NCBI RefSeq assembly: GCF_004010195.1
Contig: NC_057719.1
Coordinates: forward strand, 67,335,065 to 67,399,064
Origin: Chiloscyllium plagiosum
Taxonomy: Eukaryota
Direction: 5' to 3'
Length of the DNA stretch: 64,000 bases
Made by a program: the position numbers and the translations under genes. Under the pieces are notes generated by a model that was given only the letters and a program-made list of their open reading frames with translations, was not told the DNA's origin and ran no database searches. Shown here one piece after another: positions 12,555-25,019 of the stretch (within the stretch, counting starts at the first letter, position 1; each line of letters opens with the position of its first letter).

Positions 12555-12928
12555 ATGAGTTTTGAGAAGATTTGCAGCTCAGGTTGAGATTCTGGATGTA
12601 GGTTTGCTCACTGAACTGGAAGATTCATTTTCAGACATTTTGTCACCATGCTAGGTAACATCTTCAGTGAGCCCCCAGATGAAGCACTGGTGGTGTAGCC
12701 TGCTTTCTATTTATATGTTTGGCATTCCTTGGGTTGGTGATGCCATTTCCTGTTCTTTTTCTCAGGGGGTGCTAAATGGGATTCAAGTCAATGTGTTTGT
12801 TGATAGAGTTCCAGTTGGAATGCCATGCTTCTAGGAGTTCTCGTGCATGCTTCTGTTTGGCTTGTCCTAGGACGGATGTGTTGTTTCAGTTGATGTGGTG
12901 TCCTTCCTTATCTGTATGCAAGGATACT
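12555..12928 (-). mobile_element. Penelope-like element 3' end, same family as 11270-11752
   Basis: Reverse complement aligns to 11385-11750 (AREFLEAWHSN region, pLTR, hammerhead remnant at 12631-12670). Confidence 0.88.
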
Positions 12929-14334
12929 CGTAAGGATGTAAGAAACCATTCCTATATGGTTCATTGCTTTTGCCTTGGATTTGGCAGATTAGGAGAAATC
13001 ACTGTATGGATAGGTTTCTAGAGGTTCAGTTGGATAGGGTGATGGAAGGAAGGGAAATCCTGTTCTCCCAGGACCAATTTGAGGTTACCTCTGGGTCAGT
13101 GCATTTTCAACCATCTGGAAGAAGGCAGACCTTCCGACTGTCAGTGTAAATGCCACCATCTTCTCTCCGGTATCACATACTCACTCTATCTGTGTGCTGT
13201 ACCCAGCTGTCACTCTCACCTTTGATTCCCCCACTACTGTTACACACCCAATTTGCCCATGCTAACCCTGTGCGACCTCTGTGCTCCCTACTCACAGAGT
13301 TAAGAAAACAATGATTTGTAAATTTGTTTGCAAAATTTATGACAGTATGTTTGTGAACATTCCCTGGTATCATGCCAGGAAATCATGGACGTGTCTTTTG
13401 GTCCAATTGTGATGGGAGTCAGGTTGACTGTTAGATAATTCCAGTACTTGAATAAGAAATTGAGGGCAGAATCTTATCAGGGTCTGAACAGTGTGGACTA
13501 TTGCAAGATAACAGAGAATCATGTGAGAAGTCTGACATGGCCTTCCTCAATAATGAGAGCAATTTGTTGTATTTTCAAACTCAGTTCTAGACATCGAGTC
13601 TTGATTCTCACTAGGCAGTGATGCCTATGAGTGGAGATTAAATTTTATTGTCAGCCTCAGTAACTGCAACTCTCTCCTTATTAACATGCAGCTTCCTATA
13701 CTACCACCAACTGTGGGGAAACTAGACATCAACAATTCCCGACCTGAAAACCAGAATAGGTATCTGACAAACTCAACTTGCAATTTGCTACAATAAATTG
13801 TTGCATGATACAGGACTGTGTGAGTACTGTGTATATTGTAACCACCATGTATACTGTAACCACCAAGTAAGGAAACAGTGTAGCCAAACAGTTGTTAGAT
13901 GGAATACTGTTTGACAGAAATTCTTTAGTGTAAAAATGCATTATGGTAACAAAAACACAATCCCAGATGTCTCAGATATAGGGGCTGAAATGAAGTTGAA
14001 ATCCAGTAATCAAAGCCAGTGTTGCTGATTGCAGGTTGACTACTTGCTATCCAGGGGGGAAAAAATAGCAGTTTCAGAGGAAATTATAAGACTCCCTAAT
14101 CCTAAAGTGATAACTCGAGACCCTAAATAACAGACAGACCATCGGGTGGGAGGACAACACCAAAGCAAATGAAGATTTTGTGTTGGGATTATGGTGAAAA
14201 TAAAAAGGATATGCATCAAAAACTGCCCTTGAAATCAAATGTAAAGAAAGACAGAATATGAAATACTAAACAAAACATTGTTATGATATTATTTCGCACT
14301 GAACTTATCTGAATTAAAAAGTACTATATTTTTA

Positions 14335-14590
14335 AAAATTTACTCATGAGACGTGAGCATCGTTGGCTGGACCTGCATTTAATACCCATCCCTAGTTGCC
14401 CTTGAGGTGGTTATAGTGAGTTGCCATTTTGAACCATCGCATTCCATGTGTTACAGGTTGACCCTCGATGCTGTTAGGGAGGCAATTCCAGGATTTTGAC
14501 CCAGTGACATTGAAGGAATGACAACGTATTTCCAAGTCAGGATGGTGAGTGGTGCAGAGGGAAACTTGCAGCTAGTGTTGTTCCCAGTAA
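14335..14590 (-). mobile_element. L2/CR1-group LINE 3' end
   Basis: cccatccctagttgcccttgag...ttgaacc tail shared with 25120-25310, 35930-36020 and 38210-38290. Confidence 0.7.
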
Positions 14591-14769
14591 GGATCTGTAT
14601 ATTTCACCCCCTGTCATTTTGCTGCCATTTTGTAATTCATATGGCTCTGCTCTTGCTTCTTGAATGGATTTATTCTGCCATTCTTGAGTCATGCTCCTCT
14701 CTATTGATTCCCTGAGTAATAGTACTGGGATACTGGCCATTACTGGAATCAGCTGTTAACATCTTATAG

Positions 14770-16300
14770 ATTTTATCTTGGTAAACCTCAGGTGCCACAT
14801 TCTTGCAAAATGGCAATCTCTTGTATTAGTAAAATGTATGAGTGATAAAGTACATCAACTTTCTTAGAAACAGGATGACATTCAAGCTGTGTTATCCTCG
14901 TTTTAAATCTCATTTGGAAAATACTTATTCATTTATTGCTTATTGACAACTCCAGAAAGATTTCATCCATAGTGGAAATAATGTCTCTTTTGTTTCATAT
15001 TATCTTGCATATTATCACATAATCTGATTTTATCATTTGGTTTCAGCATGACCACAGTAAGGCTCACCCATGTTATTGGCCCTTGAACTGGCTCTATGAT
15101 GTTTTGCTTGACCAGTTCACTGATCTTTGCCTCAACGTTCTCTCCCAAACCAAAAATGAGTCCTGTGCAGAAGGTAAACTATAGAATACATGCTTTAGTC
15201 ATTAGTCACAACTTACTTAGTGATTGTGCAACCTTCCAATTTCTTTGAACATCCATCCAAATCTCTCTCTAAGCTGTGGGTAGGATTTCACAGAATTAAC
15301 TTGCAATAAAATGTACAGGATACCTGAAGCTTGAATAGTTTCTTTGCTCATAAACATCTCCCTATCCTTCTCAAGCATGACAAATTCTGTCTCTATATTC
15401 TGATACCCAGCTCACACATCCACAGTGAAGCATCTTTCAGTTTGAAGTGGGGTTTTAGATGTGTAAAGACAGAGTTTTTTTTGACATATTTTTGAGATAT
15501 ATACTTGATTCTCTTTTTCTTTAGTTCCTCCCACGGTGCTCTGTCAATAATATTACTGTCACTGCCTGAATCTACAATAATGCTCAGTTCCACACCACCA
15601 ACAATCACTGGCACTTTTGCGTGGCTACTCCCATTAATGGAAAACATGTATCAATGATTTCTATTCATGTCCTCACATCCTGCATCTTCTTTAACTCATC
15701 TCACAGTTGTGCTCCTTTCAGCTCTCTTTCCTTTATGTGATTTGCCACGTTTCTCTCAATGTTCAGCTTTGCTTCTGTACTTCTTGATCACTCTTTGCCA
15801 AATAACTCTTTGTTCCCACCTTTTCTGCTTATCTTTCCCTAGGACAACAGACATCTCTTCCACAGTACCCCAAGTTGCCACATCTGAAACACTCTCTCTC
15901 AGAATCTGCTGATTCCATTTACTTGTGCCTGGATTCTGTTATGTCATTTGATTTAACCGCATTGTGCCTATGGCGGAGATGGGACCCAAGTTTCATGTTG
16001 TGAAATTGTCCATCTGCTGCTTCAAATGTAGACACCATTTCTAAAGTGTCATCCAACATTGTCACCTCCTCTTTTGCAGCTTAAACCTGAAGTTGTCCAA
16101 TTTCTGTATTTCTCCTCATTGCTAAAGTTGCATCTCAGGCTGATGGCACAACACTCAATCACAAAGTTAACAAAAATTAGCAAAGTTTTAATGGAGCTGC
16201 TTCTTATTGCTCCTAAACTTGCTAGTTGGCTTTTCTATGTAGTATCCATTATACATTTAGTTTCATATTCTCGTTTAAGTATCTAATACTCATGTCATCC
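14770..16300 (-). mobile_element. Decayed Gypsy LTR retrotransposon internal region (gag/protease/RT)
   Basis: Protease VPVIVGGVELSIIVDSGSDSNIID (15393-15647); RT N-terminus KISELVKQNIIEPVQGPITWVS..KPNDKIRLC (14963-15148). Confidence 0.82.
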
Positions 16301-16404
16301 TGCTGACAACCACCTTGTGCTGAAATTGTAAAACAACTCGTCAACAGACAGTGAAATAACCTCTTAGTATCGATTCTGGCAAGCCCTTTCATAACCTTAT
16401 AAAA

Positions 16405-16627
16405 GAAAAGTGTTGCAGCTGCTGACGATCTGAAATAAAATGCTGGAGAAACTCAGCAGGTCTGGCAGTATTAGAGAGGGAGAAACAGTGGTAGGGGATT
16501 TAAGTTTTAAGTCCAATATGACTTTTCTTTTGGAACTAGGTAAGGTTGGACTTGTAAATTTCACTCTGCTTCTCTCTCTACAGATGCTGCCAGAGCTGCT
16601 GAATTTCTCCAGCACTTTCTGTTCTTA
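16405..16627. mobile_element. Foldback PLE-derived short element
   Basis: tgctggagaaactcagcaggtctggcag (16441-) is inverted against ctgccagagctgctgaatttctccagca (to 16614). Confidence 0.75.
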
Positions 16628-16719
16628 CTCCCTTCATTATCTTGTTTGTTTCAATATGATTACCTCTAAATTGTATAACCTCCAGAGAGATTTATTCAGT
16701 GCCTCTTATAATATTACAA

Positions 16720-18085
16720 TAGTTTAATTTAATGAACATTTGCTGCCTGTCCCCAATTCAAACATATCCTTCATTTACATATGGAGACCAAAATGTTACA
16801 TTGTACTCAGGTGTGGTCCTAATAAAGCTCAGGGTTATTGTGGCAATACTAATTAATTCTTGTACTCCAATTTCTTTACAAAAAAGGTGAACATATAATT
16901 TGCTTTCCTAATTGATTGATGTACCTCCATGCTAATCCATGTGTTCCTTGTATGACTACATTTGAGCTGCTCTGCACAGCAACATTTGCAAGCTTCATCC
17001 TTTTAAAAAATATTCTGTTTTTTTTATTCTGATGACCAATGTAAATAACTTAACACCTTCCCACATTGTTGTGGTTCTGTTCGCCAAGCTCGGAATTTGT
17101 GTTGCAGACGTTTCATCCCCTGTCTAAGTGACATTCTCAGTGTTTGGGAGCCTCCTGTGAAGTGCTTCTGTGATGTTTCCTCCGGCATTTATAGTGACAT
17201 TATACTCCATCTGCCACCTTGCGTTCTAATCATTTAGCCTGCCGTTATCTCTCTGCAGCCACTCCGAATCTTTCTCACTGCCTGCATTCCCACCTAGCTT
17301 TGTATCATCAGCAAACGTAGACATATTACTTAGTCTAAGTCATTAATATAGATTGTAAATGTCTGAAGTTGTGAGCACCAATCCCTGCGGCATTCATTAA
17401 TCACATCCTGCCAACTTTAAAATGCCCTATTTATCCCCACTCTCTGCTTCTTTTCCATTAACCAATTCTCTATCCATGCTAATATACTGCTCCCAAACCA
17501 GGAGTCCTTACTTTGTGTGTTAACCATTTGTGTGGAACATCTTAAACACCTTTTTTGGAAACCTAGATCTATGATATCTATTCCTGCCCCCTTTTCTACC
17601 TTATTAGTCACACCCTCAAAATACTGCAATGGTTTTTCACAAGACTTTTCTTTCATATAACCATATTGACTTGTGCTAGTCATACTATGATTTTCTGTAT
17701 ATATACTTAAAGCTTCCTTTATAATTGATGCCAGTTCTTTCCTGATGACTGATATCACTATAACTTGGGCAGTACCTGTCTGTTTCCTCTGTTCCTTCTT
17801 TCTTGAAGAACAAGTGTTATATTTGCTACCCTTTGATCTGTTCTAAGACCTAAATAATTTGGGAAAATTATTGCTGGTACATCCACTATCTCTGTAGTTG
17901 TTTCTTTTAGAATTTTAACGTGTAGGCCATCACACAGTGAAGGGTAGATCGATTTTAGTCCCTTCACTTCTCCAGTATTTTTTCTCTGCTGATATTAATT
18001 GTCTTACTTTCCTTACTATTATTAGATCCTAAATTATTCTTTATTTCTGGGTTGCAACTTATCTTCTACTGTGAAAACAGACACT
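16720..18085 (-). mobile_element. Old CR1 ORF2, RT part
   Basis: ORFs give SQYGYMKEKSC..YFEGVTNKVEKG..IDIIDLGFQK and ILAWIENWLMEKKQRVGIN. Confidence 0.85.
17068..17196 (-). mobile_element. PLE pLTR fragment with hammerhead remnant inserted in CR1
   Basis: Minus strand aca-ctgagaa-t-gtcac..gggat-gaaacgtc-tgc; acatt repeated at 17063-17067 and 17197-17201. Confidence 0.7.
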
Positions 18086-18087
18086 AA

Positions 18088-19060
18088 GGGCAAAATCATC
18101 CCAGCCCCTGAACAATTCCAACAATGTCAAGTCAATTGGTAAAATATGGTGAGATCTAAAACATTTGGATTCATGAACTGTCAAGAAAAAGGCTTTTTTT
18201 TTCTGATTCTGAAAAATTCTGATTCAGCAACCAAGTTTTGCGCAGTGAGTTGAGAATCTCATTAATAAGTGGTGAGAGTTCTATTTGCATACATTAGCAT
18301 GCTGTTAGTACCTCATCTCATCTCATTAATATACAGTTTCCTGTGAAATTCGGAATGGATACCTGGCAGACCCATCTCTGAGCCTTCATCTTGGTCAGCA
18401 GACCCAAAAATTTCTCTGACCCCTCCATGGGCAGTGACTACCTGTACCTCCTATCCACTAAGGTTGGCATCAGATATGCACCCACCCTCACCACATCATC
18501 CCGGTACATCTCTGACCCACTTAGAATGCAATTCTCCACTTCAAAATTAGTAATCATAGAGCACTTACAATCCACTATTGTATTCACATGGCTTGCTTGT
18601 TTTGCATTCATCAGACAAAGATCCCTAGGTCTTAGAGGCATTCCATGGCTCTCTTTATTGGAGTCTTCCATGACTCACTTAATGGACAAATATATTAAAC
18701 CTTCAAGAGCAGGTGTCTTACAAGGATAATTACTGGGAGTCAAGGATTAACCTCTGCAACTTTTGCTGGTGACTATTACATAACCTCCTGACTAAGGCTG
18801 AAGTGTAGATACAATATTGCCCTTTCTTCAACAAGAGTCATTGTGGAGTAGTCAATAGAACTTCTGAAGGTGAGGTTCTAAACCTTGAATCTATCTGCAG
18901 AGACCTTGTAGTACATTCTTCATAGTGTACTACATGATCCCTGCATGCTGTGTGCTGCACAACTGGAGTAGGCTAACAGGGGATGTGATAAAGGTTGAAG
19001 AGCTGCAGTGTTCTGAGGAGGAAGATGAGGTCACCAAGCAGGAAGGACATAAACAGTCAG
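18088..19060 (+). mobile_element. Decayed PIF/Harbinger DDE transposase (HARBI1-like)
   Basis: G*LLGVKD*PLQLLLVT from 18724 (cf. GWLLGDKGYPL..WLMT), STRVIVE*SIELLKVRF*TL from 18828 (cf. TR..VERTIGLLK.RFRCL), ACCVLHN from 18943, acidic tail; left end taa|gggc. Confidence 0.75.
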
Positions 19061-19196
19061 CATGATAAGACACTATAGTGTTGGATGCATCAAGCCAGAT
19101 AGAACTTAATTAACACCGGTTCTTGTAGATACGAACTGGGTGCAGTGATCATTCATTGGCTGTAAATTCGTTGTTCAAATGGCAAGTAAACACTAA

Positions 19197-19295
19197 GAGA
19201 AAGTGAGGACTGCAGATGCTGGAGATCAGAGTCAAAACTGCAGATGCTGCCTATCCTGCTGTGCTTTTCCAGCGCGACAGGGTTTTTGACTCTGG
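19197..19295. mobile_element. Internally deleted foldback PLE-derived element
   Basis: gagaaagtgaggactgcagatgctggagatcagagtcaaaa...ttttgactctgg; ends match 52725 and 36800. Confidence 0.7.
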
Positions 19296-19975
19296 CTAGT
19301 AATCACGGTCTGTTTGTGGAAGCAACTAAAAGTTTTTTCTTTCCTTGTGCTGTTGTTGAATAAAAGTAAATGTTTTCAACCGTTTTAAGTCTGTCCTGCA
19401 AGTGCTGGTCCCACAGTGAACAATGAGAAGATATTATGCTACATTGGTGTTAGAGCCAAAGCACCATCAGATAGAGTTCTACGATGTTACAGTGAGAAGG
19501 CTGGTTAACCTGCGTGTCTTGATTTTTGTAGCTCGAGTATCAATCAGTCAGGTGATGATGTAAAAGAGCAAGACATTTATAAATGTGCATTTGTGTTTGC
19601 AATGAAGTGTCAGCTGTATCACTGATGTACCCTCAGAGGTGTTCCTTCATCTCGTACACATCCCACCATATGCAATGTGAAGGGCAGCTTCTGGCAGACA
19701 GAATAGAGGGCACAGCTGAGCTTTAAACAAAGCACCAGTGCCAGGAATGCTCTGAGGTTCCAACAGAGGCAAATACTTCCTCTGATAACATGAGCATGGT
19801 GCAATCGGGGTGTGGTGCATAGATAATAAGGCAAACTGCAGAAGATTGTATAAATAACTTGCTGGAGCTGATGGAGAGAAACTTTCATGATACTCCTTAA
19901 AATAGATTTTTGGCTAAATACAGCCCTGTTTTTGTTCAGTGTGTTTGTGTAGTGATTAAAACAAAGGCCAAGTGA

Positions 19976-20051
19976 GATCTCATTGACTATGAGATCCTTG
20001 ATTGGGGTTGTTAACCCTGGGCCAATCAAGGATCTCAAAGTCAATGAGATC
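19976..20051. repeat. Near-perfect 30-bp inverted repeat with 16-nt loop
   Basis: gatctcattgactatgagatccttgattgg versus ccaatcaaggatctcaaagtcaatgagatc; 29 of 30 complementary. Confidence 0.9.
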
Positions 20052-20074
20052 CAACTGGCCCTCATTCCAATCGC

Positions 20075-21080
20075 TACAGTCTGCCAATTTCTCATTCACT
20101 GTAATAATATCTCTTGTCTCTCCTTCTAAGTGTCCAACATTTACTTTAGCTATTCTTTTATATATTCATTAAAGCTCTAACACTGTTTATATATTGTCAG
20201 TTAGATTACTTTCACATACTTTTCTTTCCCTTTTTAATCAACATTTTGATGATCCTTTCTGGTTTCAAGAAAAATATCTTCCAAATCTCAGACTTATTAT
20301 TATTCTTTGCAAAATAATCAGCCTCCTCTTTTAATCGACTGCTATACCTAAATTCCTTTCTCACCGTGTTTCTTTTCTTTGTTTTGATTGTTTTGAACAT
20401 TTCCCATTATTTATTCATCACCATAGTTTTTTGGTCTTTTACCCTATCAAATGTATCCAGTTCTTCCTTCATATCTAAATAATTTGCTTTGTTTAAACTT
20501 AAGCTTCTTGTTTCTGATTACAGTAAGTCTTTTTCATTTATGGAAACAATTGTATTATGAGCACTATTTCCTCGTGGATCCTTTGCTATGAAATTGTTAA
20601 TGCTGCCTCATTAGACAATTCTAGATCTAAAATAGTTTATCACTACTTGGTTTCATGGCATATTGCTCCAGGATGCTATCCTTAAAGCATTCCACAGCCA
20701 TGTCTGCTAGTTTGATTGTGCAATCTATATGAAGGTTAAATTCCTCTTCAACTATTATATTGCATTTGTTACTAGCTACGACAATTGCTTCTTTAATGAT
20801 CTATCCAACAGCATGACAATAGTTAATTAACATATAAACTACTTCCACTGAAGGTTTCTGATCCTTCTATTCCTAATCTTCATCCAGAATTATTCTAATT
20901 TCTGAGCCAAGACCCTTTTTCACAAATGTCTTCATGTGATTATTCATTTCAGACCTGTCCCTCCAGTGTTTTCCTTGTGCCTGTCTTTTTGAAATGTTGT
21001 GCACACGAGAATAATTAGTTCCCAATATTGGTCACCCTTTACCCATGTCTGGGTCATGGTTATTAGATCTAAACCATTCA
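20075..21080 (-). mobile_element. Old CR1 ORF2, upstream (endonuclease/linker) part continuing 16720-18085
   Basis: tctgccaatttctcattcactgtaataatatctcttgtctctccttctaagtgtccaacatttactttagct follows on from tcttctactgtgaaaacagac in CR1 order. Confidence 0.65.
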
Positions 21081-23744
21081 TTTACACCATCAGATCACTT
21101 AAAGCAGATGATGGCATATAATTCAACTTTGAAGCTTCAAAATAAATACCCTCACAAATGGGTGTGGACTTATATCCAGCACATAAAAATGAACCACAAT
21201 TGAGTGTGGGTAGTCATCATTTTCAAATACCATCAGCATCCACTACAAAAAGTAGGCATGTCTTAAACTCCCCGGAATACACCTTTGTGACCTAATTGAT
21301 CCCTTGCACCAATGATAAGTACCAGTAAGTAATAAATTCAGTTTTGGGGTGAAAATTTGAAATAGACTCCTAGTGTGAGCCTGAAAAGTGGAACAGCAGG
21401 ATAGAATGTAGGTCGGAAACTGACTTTTATGCGATGTTAAGAACATGCTTTCGGTGGCTGGAAAAGTGGATTTGCTTTACATACCATGCAGACCTTAAAC
21501 TAATCCTTTTTGCTAACTCAGCAACTGGGTACCAAATTAGGGACCTAACTCAAAGTTAACTGAAATGTCAGGATAACTAGTGTAACCTGTTCTAGCAGAT
21601 TGTGAGAGATCGCATTCAATCCTGATAACTTCACATCTCTTTGTCCAAAAAAAAGATATACACATCCTTTGGATTAATTAATTAATTCTGTGCCATTTTA
21701 CACAGTTATGATTATTTACAAGAACATGTAAACAGAAATATGTTTATCCTCAAGTCTAAAAGGAAAAAATCAAAAACTTGAACTTGAAGTTAATGAATAT
21801 GGTGGTATGATACATCTCCACATCCTTGTGTGAAAATGGTTCTTCTGCAAGTTTTCATTAAAATGGCCAGAGGTAACACATCTTCCAGGGTTTAGCTAAT
21901 GGAGTTTGATTATGTGAAGAACAATACAATTAGTCACGACTGAGACTTTTTCTTGACAGACAGACACAGATTAATCCTTATAATCCCATCCTTCAGGCCC
22001 TGTCCCTTCAGACGGATGTTAATAATTAGGCTTCTCAATCCCTCTTTTTTTCTCTCCATCAGGGTTGACCCTTTTCTACAAAACATCATTCCTTTCTGTT
22101 CCACAACACGATATAGTGACATAACTGACAGTCAGATAAGATACCTTCATTGTTCACATATTGCCCAGCTCATTGTTACTGTATCACTGCTTTGATGGAA
22201 TCTGAACAAACTTTTAAAAGATATAAATAATCAAAAACTGATTGGCTGACCTGTTCAATACGGATTTTATTAAATCTAGCAGTTTGTTGTTTGCCGCCTT
22301 CTATTTTTGTGATAATAAATTGAAGTTTGTAACATTGGAAGAAGAGAATTTGCTTGATTCGTCCATTAAACCAAAATTGCTTACTCTCTTTGAGGAGTCC
22401 CATGTTATACTGAAACAGTACACATGGTGGCATCATTGTTCTGTTGCTGAACACATTTGCCCACAAAGGGTTTGCAACAATCCTTTTTGTCAAACAGACT
22501 TTCTTTCCAAATTCCTGTCCATTAACATTAGTATCAATACAAGTGGGAGTTACTTTGGTCTGATTTTTGTTTCTTAAACTTGAGTAATGTGAAGTCCACT
22601 GTGTTGGTAATACTAATCACATATAGACCCATTTATAGGATAATGATTTATCTGAGGTAAGAAACCTGGATGCATGACATGTTATCTTTTTCATACATAT
22701 CTACAGTATAACACCTTCTCTTTTCGTGTTTTAATATCAGGGCATGCTGGGGCCATTTTCCTTCCCATCTGCAAGCAGGTGGATTGGAGATAACTCTCAT
22801 TCAGCTTTGTTTTCTTCTGACACCATCATTAATCATTCCTTAAGCCACACTTCAACTTATAATAATCAGGACTGTCTGCTGTGTTCTGGGAAAGAATTGC
22901 CTCTCATGCTGTAATGTGAAATTGAAAGTGAATGGCCAAAGCTGGATGCTTCTCCAGCATTCCCAGTGTATCTCATCATTTAGGTATTTATCCATCGAGG
23001 TCTTGTATAGGGAGTGACTCGTTCGTCCCATGAGGACACAGATTGTAACAGAGGATCAGATTTGTTACCCTGGCTTTGGGCTTTGATTGTCCTCCTATAA
23101 GTTTGGGATTAAACTGAAATTTCCCACAGGGCTGTGCAGGATTTGCTAGCATTTAAGTGTTTAACCTGTCTGTTTGTGAATGAGAATCCTGTGATCAAAC
23201 TGTTCCACAGAGAATACCTTGTTGCAAGATAGCATCAAATGACAGACAAGATCTCGTTTCTCTAAATTCCTACAAAGATTGGGATAAATTTTGTCCAGTG
23301 AGTATTTTTTTTCCCCCAAGTAGACTGTTTTAGATGTTAGAAACAGTACACACATTGCATCAAGACTCAGGGTTAAACATAGCCAAAAAACAACTTTTCC
23401 AGCCTGACACATACATTGCATGAATCTGCTGGGAATATTAACTAACTTTTTAACTTTATGTTTCTATTTCTTTAAAAAAAGGTTATTTTCTTAAATAACA
23501 ATTCTAAAGATAACATTTTTTTATTATGAAAACCAATCTAAGATATTTTTAATCTACCACTTCTTGCATCACCTGTAAAACCTTCGGACTGTTTGAAATG
23601 AATCACCTGTGATGAACCTTCCTATTGAACACAACATTCTTTTGGGATAAATTAAGCTGCTTGCCTTTTATGGCTTTCACCTTAACAAAACAAGAGAGAC
23701 TTTCTTTTCTAAACACAGGCCAGGTGCGCTGTGCAGGATATGCT

Positions 23745-24244
23745 NNNNNNNNNNNNNNNNNNNNNNNNNNNNNNNNNNNNNNNNNNNNNNNNNNNNNNNN
23801 NNNNNNNNNNNNNNNNNNNNNNNNNNNNNNNNNNNNNNNNNNNNNNNNNNNNNNNNNNNNNNNNNNNNNNNNNNNNNNNNNNNNNNNNNNNNNNNNNNNN
23901 NNNNNNNNNNNNNNNNNNNNNNNNNNNNNNNNNNNNNNNNNNNNNNNNNNNNNNNNNNNNNNNNNNNNNNNNNNNNNNNNNNNNNNNNNNNNNNNNNNNN
24001 NNNNNNNNNNNNNNNNNNNNNNNNNNNNNNNNNNNNNNNNNNNNNNNNNNNNNNNNNNNNNNNNNNNNNNNNNNNNNNNNNNNNNNNNNNNNNNNNNNNN
24101 NNNNNNNNNNNNNNNNNNNNNNNNNNNNNNNNNNNNNNNNNNNNNNNNNNNNNNNNNNNNNNNNNNNNNNNNNNNNNNNNNNNNNNNNNNNNNNNNNNNN
24201 NNNNNNNNNNNNNNNNNNNNNNNNNNNNNNNNNNNNNNNNNNNN
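23745..24244. other. Assembly gap (500 N)
   Basis: Run of n. Confidence 1.
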
Positions 24245-24422
24245 AAGACATCGAAGTGAAAGCGAGGCCATTCGGCCCATCGAGTCCACTCCGCCATTTA
24301 ATAATGGCTGATGGTTGTTTCAATTCCACTTGCCTGCACTCACCCCGTAACCCTTAATTTATTGCGAGATCAAGAATCTATCAATCTCTGCCTTGAAGAC
24401 ACCCAACATCCCGGCCTCCATC
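24245..24422 (-). mobile_element. CR1 3' end abutting gap
   Basis: gaggccattcggcccatcgagtccactccgccatt...tatcaatctctgccttgaa. Confidence 0.8.
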
Positions 24423-24525
24423 CATAGGTTCACTTTTGTCGGTAAATGGGAACAATAGAATACCTGCAGCTGTCTGACGATCACAATCCTTGCATTACTT
24501 CTTCAATAAAACATATGTAGAAAGG

Positions 24526-24638
24526 TTAAAAATAACACAACGCCAGGTTATAGTTCAACTGGTTTATTTAGACTATAAACTGGTGTTGTGTGATTTTTAA
24601 CTTTGTACACCCCAGTCCAACACTGGCATCTCCAAATC
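24526..24638. mobile_element. Short foldback element with 12-bp TSD
   Basis: ttaaaaataacacaacgccaggttatagt is inverted against actataaactggtgttgtgtgatttttaa; tatgtagaaagg at 24514-24525 and 24639-24650. Confidence 0.8.
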
Positions 24639-25019
24639 TATGTAGAAAGGGTTTCCCCATTCAAAGTACCTAGCATTTTAGCAGATGCTTGCAAAACAAC
24701 TAACAACCAAGTGGAAACAAGAAACAAATGAAGTAAAAAGATTCTTTTTCTAAATGGTACACCCATTTTATATTGGTAACTATATGACTTAATGCTATGC
24801 TGTCATTAACACCAAGAAATTTTGTAAACATTTAAATGATGTGATCATTTTAGTGGCATTAATTTCAAACTGTCAAGTGTTCTGCTGTCAACACAAAGCC
24901 TATTTGGAAATATGGATGGATAATCATTGGGTCGAAATTGGACATAACTGATCTCAGTCCATTTATTGAATTAATTGGGAAATACACCCTGTATTTTATA
25001 TTTATTTATGCATGGATTA

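Noticed and set aside
19619..20095. 158-aa minus-strand ORF
   Set aside because: Crosses a hairpin and repeat boundaries; no recognisable motif
21934..22577. Several 60-110 aa ORFs in unique sequence
   Set aside because: No homology recognised and no consistent splice signals
23603..24357. Long ORFs of about 200 aa
   Set aside because: Artefacts of translating through the N gap
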